Part shown: in pieces, positions 60,625 to 64,000 of the stretch
Layout: each line of letters starts with the position of its first letter
How positions within the stretch are numbered: the first letter of the stretch is position 1
Source: a bacterium
GTDB taxonomy: Bacteria > UBA8248
Direction of reading: 5' to 3'
Assembly (NCBI GenBank): GCA_965261085.1
Contig: OZ253442.1
Span: forward strand, 384,001 to 448,000
DNA length: 64,000 nucleotides
Notes under the pieces: model-generated
Databases searched by the model: none
The model's input: the letters and a program-made list of their open reading frames with translations, nothing else
What the model was told of the DNA's origin: nothing
Program-made: the position numbers and the translations under genes

Positions 60625-61803
60625 GTGAGTAGACCCCTTGAGGGCGTCAAGGTCTTGGACCTGACCCGCCTCGTGTCGGGCGGAATGTACGGCATGCTGC
60701 TGGCCGATGCCGGCGCCGACCTCGTCAAGGTTGAAGTCCCGGGACGCGGAGATACGCTGCGCGCGTGGAACCCGTACTGGTGGAAGGTCTATGGCCGGGG
60801 AAAACGATCCATCACGGTGGACCTCGGCAAACCAAGAGGGCAAGACCTCATCCGAAAGTTGGCAGTCCGGGCGGACGTTCTCGCCGAGAATTTTTTTGTG
60901 GGCAAACTCGAAAGCTGGGGTCTGGGCCCGGATAAATTATGGGAGGTGAACCCGAAACTCATCATCGTCCGGATATCCGGATGGGGACAAGACGGCCCTT
61001 ATCGAGACAGGCCGGGCTTCGGCACCCTGGTGGAGGCGATGTCGGGCTTCGCCGATATGAACGGATTCCCCGATTCCCCTCCCCTGGCCGCGCCCCAGCC
61101 CCTGGCCGATATGACGGCAGCGCTCCAGGGCGTCGCCTCCACCATGTTCGCGCTCTATCATCGCGACGCTCTGGGAGGCCGCAAGGGACAGGTTATCGAC
61201 CTGGCGCTCTACGAACCGCTCTTCACGATGCTGGGTCCCCAGGCGGCCCGCTATCTCATCGAAGGGAAAAAACGCCCCCGTCTGGGCAACCGCTCCGAAA
61301 ACTCCGCGCCCAGAAACATCTATCCCACGAGCGACGGGAAGTGGGTGGCGATTTCCGCATCTACCCAGCCGATGTATGAGCGCCTCGCCCGCGCTCTGGG
61401 GCGTGAAGACCTCATCACCGACGAGCGATTCATGAACAACGAGGCGCGCGTCGTGAACCAAGACGAACTCGATAACATCGTGGCCGATGCGATAGGAAAG
61501 CGTAGCAGTGACGAAAACATGGAACGATTCAACGCGGGCGGCGTCACGGCGAGCCCCGTCTATGACATCGAAGACATTCTGGCAGATCCCCACTTTCAGG
61601 CGAGAAACCTGGTGCGCCATGTGCCGGACGCGGATTTCGGCTCCGTGCCCATGCAGGGCGCTTTCCCAAGGATGTCGGAAACGCCCCTCGATATCGCCTG
61701 GACGGGGCCGGCCCTGGGAGAGCATACCGAAAAAATACTCACCGAGTGGCTGGGTTTGGCGTCCTCGGAAATCGAGCGTCTTCGAAACGAGGACGTGGTG
61801 TAA
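60625..61803 (+). CDS. CaiB/BaiF family III CoA-transferase
   Basis: PLEGVKVLDL, GADLVKVE, ENF and LGEHT motifs. Confidence 0.92.
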   Translation: MSRPLEGVKVLDLTRLVSGGMYGMLLADAGADLVKVEVPGRGDTLRAWNPYWWKVYGRGKRSITVDLGKPRGQDLIRKLAVRADVLAENFFVGKLESWGLGPDKLWEVNPKLIIVRISGWGQDGPYRDRPGFGTLVEAMSGFADMNGFPDSPPLAAPQPLADMTAALQGVASTMFALYHRDALGGRKGQVIDLALYEPLFTMLGPQAARYLIEGKKRPRLGNRSENSAPRNIYPTSDGKWVAISASTQPMYERLARALGREDLITDERFMNNEARVVNQDELDNIVADAIGKRSSDENMERFNAGGVTASPVYDIEDILADPHFQARNLVRHVPDADFGSVPMQGAFPRMSETPLDIAWTGPALGEHTEKILTEWLGLASSEIERLRNEDVV

Positions 61804-61805
61804 AA

Positions 61806-62648
61806 TTATCCCCTGGAAAACAGAACAACAGAACCGATAGCGAAGATGACCCCCACCCCTTTTCTCGGCGTTAATTTCTCTTTGAGGAAGATGATGGCGA
61901 GCATCCCGGTCAACACGAAACTCAACTGGGCGATGGGAGCCACGACGACCGCCTCGCCATAGGTGAACCCCACGGCGATGGCCACATAACTCGAAGAGGT
62001 GAGAACGCCGCAAACGAAGGGCAGCCACAGCGGCACGCCGCGCCTGGGCAGCGGGTCTTTTTGCAGGAGCGCAAAGGGCACGGCCATGCAGAAGACGCCC
62101 ACGCTTTGCGTGGCCGTCATCATGGCGGGTTTGGCGCCCATGCCGAGTCCCAGCTTATAGAGAAGCCCGATGACGCCGAACATGCACATGGCGCCAATGG
62201 CCAGGACGACGGAGCGCTTGTCCCCGACGGAGGCCGCCACGCCGCTGCCGCCCAAAATCACGGCGAGAGCCGCCAGGACCAGGGCGAAGCCCTTGATGAG
62301 GTTGACACTCTCGCCCAGAAAAAAAATCGTCAGGGCGGCCGTTATCGCGAAATTCAGGCGGACGATCGGCACGAGCGCCACCGCCTCGCCACGCCGCAGG
62401 GCGAGCAAGACGAATAAAAACGCGGTGAACGCCAAAATACCATTGATGAATCCAAAGGCGAGGCCCGGATTCCAGAGCAACTCCTCGCGATAATAGGCCA
62501 GGCCGAACGCGTTGGGCAGGTACGCCATGTTTTGCAGGAACATGAAGGGGCCGCTGCGCATCTCCCACTGCTGGCCCCATTTGTAGAGAAAATCATTGAC
62601 GCCGAGAAAGCACAGCGACATGAGCGCGAAGACGACTTCGGGCGGCAT
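61806..62648 (-). CDS. EamA family transporter
   Basis: FFLGE and FLKEKL motifs; hydrophobic. Confidence 0.87.
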   Translation of the reverse strand: MPPEVVFALMSLCFLGVNDFLYKWGQQWEMRSGPFMFLQNMAYLPNAFGLAYYREELLWNPGLAFGFINGILAFTAFLFVLLALRRGEAVALVPIVRLNFAITAALTIFFLGESVNLIKGFALVLAALAVILGGSGVAASVGDKRSVVLAIGAMCMFGVIGLLYKLGLGMGAKPAMMTATQSVGVFCMAVPFALLQKDPLPRRGVPLWLPFVCGVLTSSSYVAIAVGFTYGEAVVVAPIAQLSFVLTGMLAIIFLKEKLTPRKGVGVIFAIGSVVLFSRG

Positions 62649-62765
62649 ACGCGACTCCCCGGCGCGGACATCCCTGCTCGCCACGCGCACCTCTTGGCTG
62701 ATGGGGGGATTAAAGCGCCCTCGATTCAGGGAAACTCCAGAGGGCAGGCTTCAAAAACGAAAAAA

Positions 62766-62794
62766 ATGATACGGCTCCCACCCCGGGGTGTCAA
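62766..62794 (-). promoter_or_regulatory. Putative sigma70 promoter of the EamA gene
   Basis: TTGACA-N17-TATCAT on the minus strand. Confidence 0.6.
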
Positions 62795-62958
62795 CGGGAT
62801 GAATGGCGGCGGGATGCCCCCATTTTCCGTGATCCGACCGACTCGGCGTAACCCCCGGGGCGTAAAACATGCTATCTTGGAGCCCGAGATTCCCATGAGG
62901 CCGTTGCAATCCGAAAACCTAAGTGTTTTTCTTTCATCTTTCACCTGAGGAGCCGGGG

Positions 62959-63393
62959 TTGGGTCGTGAATATCCGCTTCGCCCAATTGTCGGCGTAGGG
63001 GCGATCATCCTCGATAAGGAAAACGTCCTCATCGTCCGCCGGGGACAACCTCCCAAAATGGGCGCCTGGAGCATTCCGGGCGGCGGCGTCCACCTGGGAG
63101 AAGACCTCGAAGAAGCCTGTATGCGAGAGGTGAAAGAAGAGACCGGGCTGGATGTGGAGATACTCTCCGAGGGCCGGGTTCTGAACCGCGTCACCCGGGA
63201 CGAATGGGGGCGCGTGCAATTTCATTACGTGCTCATTGACTTTGTGTGCCGAGCCATCGGTGGCGTACTTCAGGCGGCGAGCGACATCTCGGAAGCCAAG
63301 TGGGTCCCGATGAGCGAGGTATCCTCCTTAAGTCCCATGACGAGTGGAACGGCGGAATTCATACTGGAATCTGTCGCCGCACTCAACCAGTAA
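62959..63393 (+). CDS. Nudix hydrolase
   Basis: Nudix box PGGGVHLGE...CMREVKEETGL; GAGGAG RBS before TTG. Confidence 0.92.
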   Translation: MGREYPLRPIVGVGAIILDKENVLIVRRGQPPKMGAWSIPGGGVHLGEDLEEACMREVKEETGLDVEILSEGRVLNRVTRDEWGRVQFHYVLIDFVCRAIGGVLQAASDISEAKWVPMSEVSSLSPMTSGTAEFILESVAALNQ

Positions 63394-63419
63394 TCGCACC
63401 GGAAACTTCGGAAAATCAC

Positions 63420-64000
63420 ATGAAAGACGGCAGTGAAAAACAACCTTCGAATGAACAACCCGCCACTTTGTTTTTGCGTCTCGCCGCACGCGAACTCCAA
63501 ACTCCCGCCTCTCACCTCAAAAAAAAGTTTCTCGCCCTGGCCGAGGAATCAGACCCCTGGAAGGCGCGTGAGGAGATTCAGGATTTATCCGAGAGCATCC
63601 ATCGCTTGAGCCGCCTCATCGACACACTCTCCGACGCCGCCGACATCGAAGCGCAGCACGTAAGCCTGGAGAACGCCGAAATAAACCTCGCGCATCTTTT
63701 CAGCGAGCGCATCGGCAAGCGGCTGTGGAATTTTCCGTCGTTTCGGTTTTTGCCCGAGATGCCGTCCCGGCTCAACATTTACGGAGACAGAACGAGACTC
63801 ACCTTTCTCATCGACGATCTGCTGGATGCGGCCATTCACATCGCGCCTGAAGGCGGCATCATCCACGCGCTTCTTAAGAGGGAAAACGATAGGATCGTTT
63901 TGTCGACCACCAACCGCGATGCCGAACTCCCGTCTTCTCGCTTCGAGTCGTTTATCGACTGGGTGGCGAAGGACCTGGAGAATCCGGGTGCGCTTCGTGG
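63420..64000 (+). CDS. Degenerate HisKA/HATPase-like protein (partial, runs off the window)
   Basis: Translated by hand, open frame from ATG 63420: FLRLAARELQTP...HRLSRLIDTLSD...IYGDRTRLTFLIDDLLDAAIHIAPEGG. Absent from the ORF track. Confidence 0.7.
   Translation, partial: MKDGSEKQPSNEQPATLFLRLAARELQTPASHLKKKFLALAEESDPWKAREEIQDLSESIHRLSRLIDTLSDAADIEAQHVSLENAEINLAHLFSERIGKRLWNFPSFRFLPEMPSRLNIYGDRTRLTFLIDDLLDAAIHIAPEGGIIHALLKRENDRIVLSTTNRDAELPSSRFESFIDWVAKDLENPGALR

Overview
Bacterial chromosomal window of about 60 genes, mostly housekeeping and catabolic, fairly GC-rich. No rRNA, tRNA, CRISPR array, transposase or integrase was recognised. Core genes include rlmD-lexA-dinB, uvrA, thrB, pncA, ggt, typA, glyA and a cyclophilin. 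Catabolic and redox modules include a haloalkane-dehalogenase-like gene with an MDR and tandem SDRs, a cupin-PrpD-CoA ligase-crotonase-MFS operon, an Xsc-like TPP enzyme, an orphan xanthine-dehydrogenase-family Mo subunit, two LLM monooxygenases, an AOR-type oxidoreductase operon and four EamA transporters. Three conflict-type cassettes are interspersed. The first is an uncharacterised, translationally coupled three-gene operon (95-1928) ending in a small ART/RES-like protein, which is the best candidate for an undescribed toxin-antitoxin(-chaperone) or anti-phage system. The second is hipBA, with four operators at a 27-bp period and an apparent ATA toxin start codon. The third is an AbiE-like type IV TA pair next to uvrA. 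Other signals are a bipartite intergenic element present twice about 32 kb apart, candidate GTTC-N7-GTTC-type LexA boxes, an AT-hook insertion in UvrA, a dehalogenase with Gln at the catalytic-acid position, and a sensorless pseudo-histidine kinase at the right edge. All family calls come from motif recognition by eye; no searches were run.
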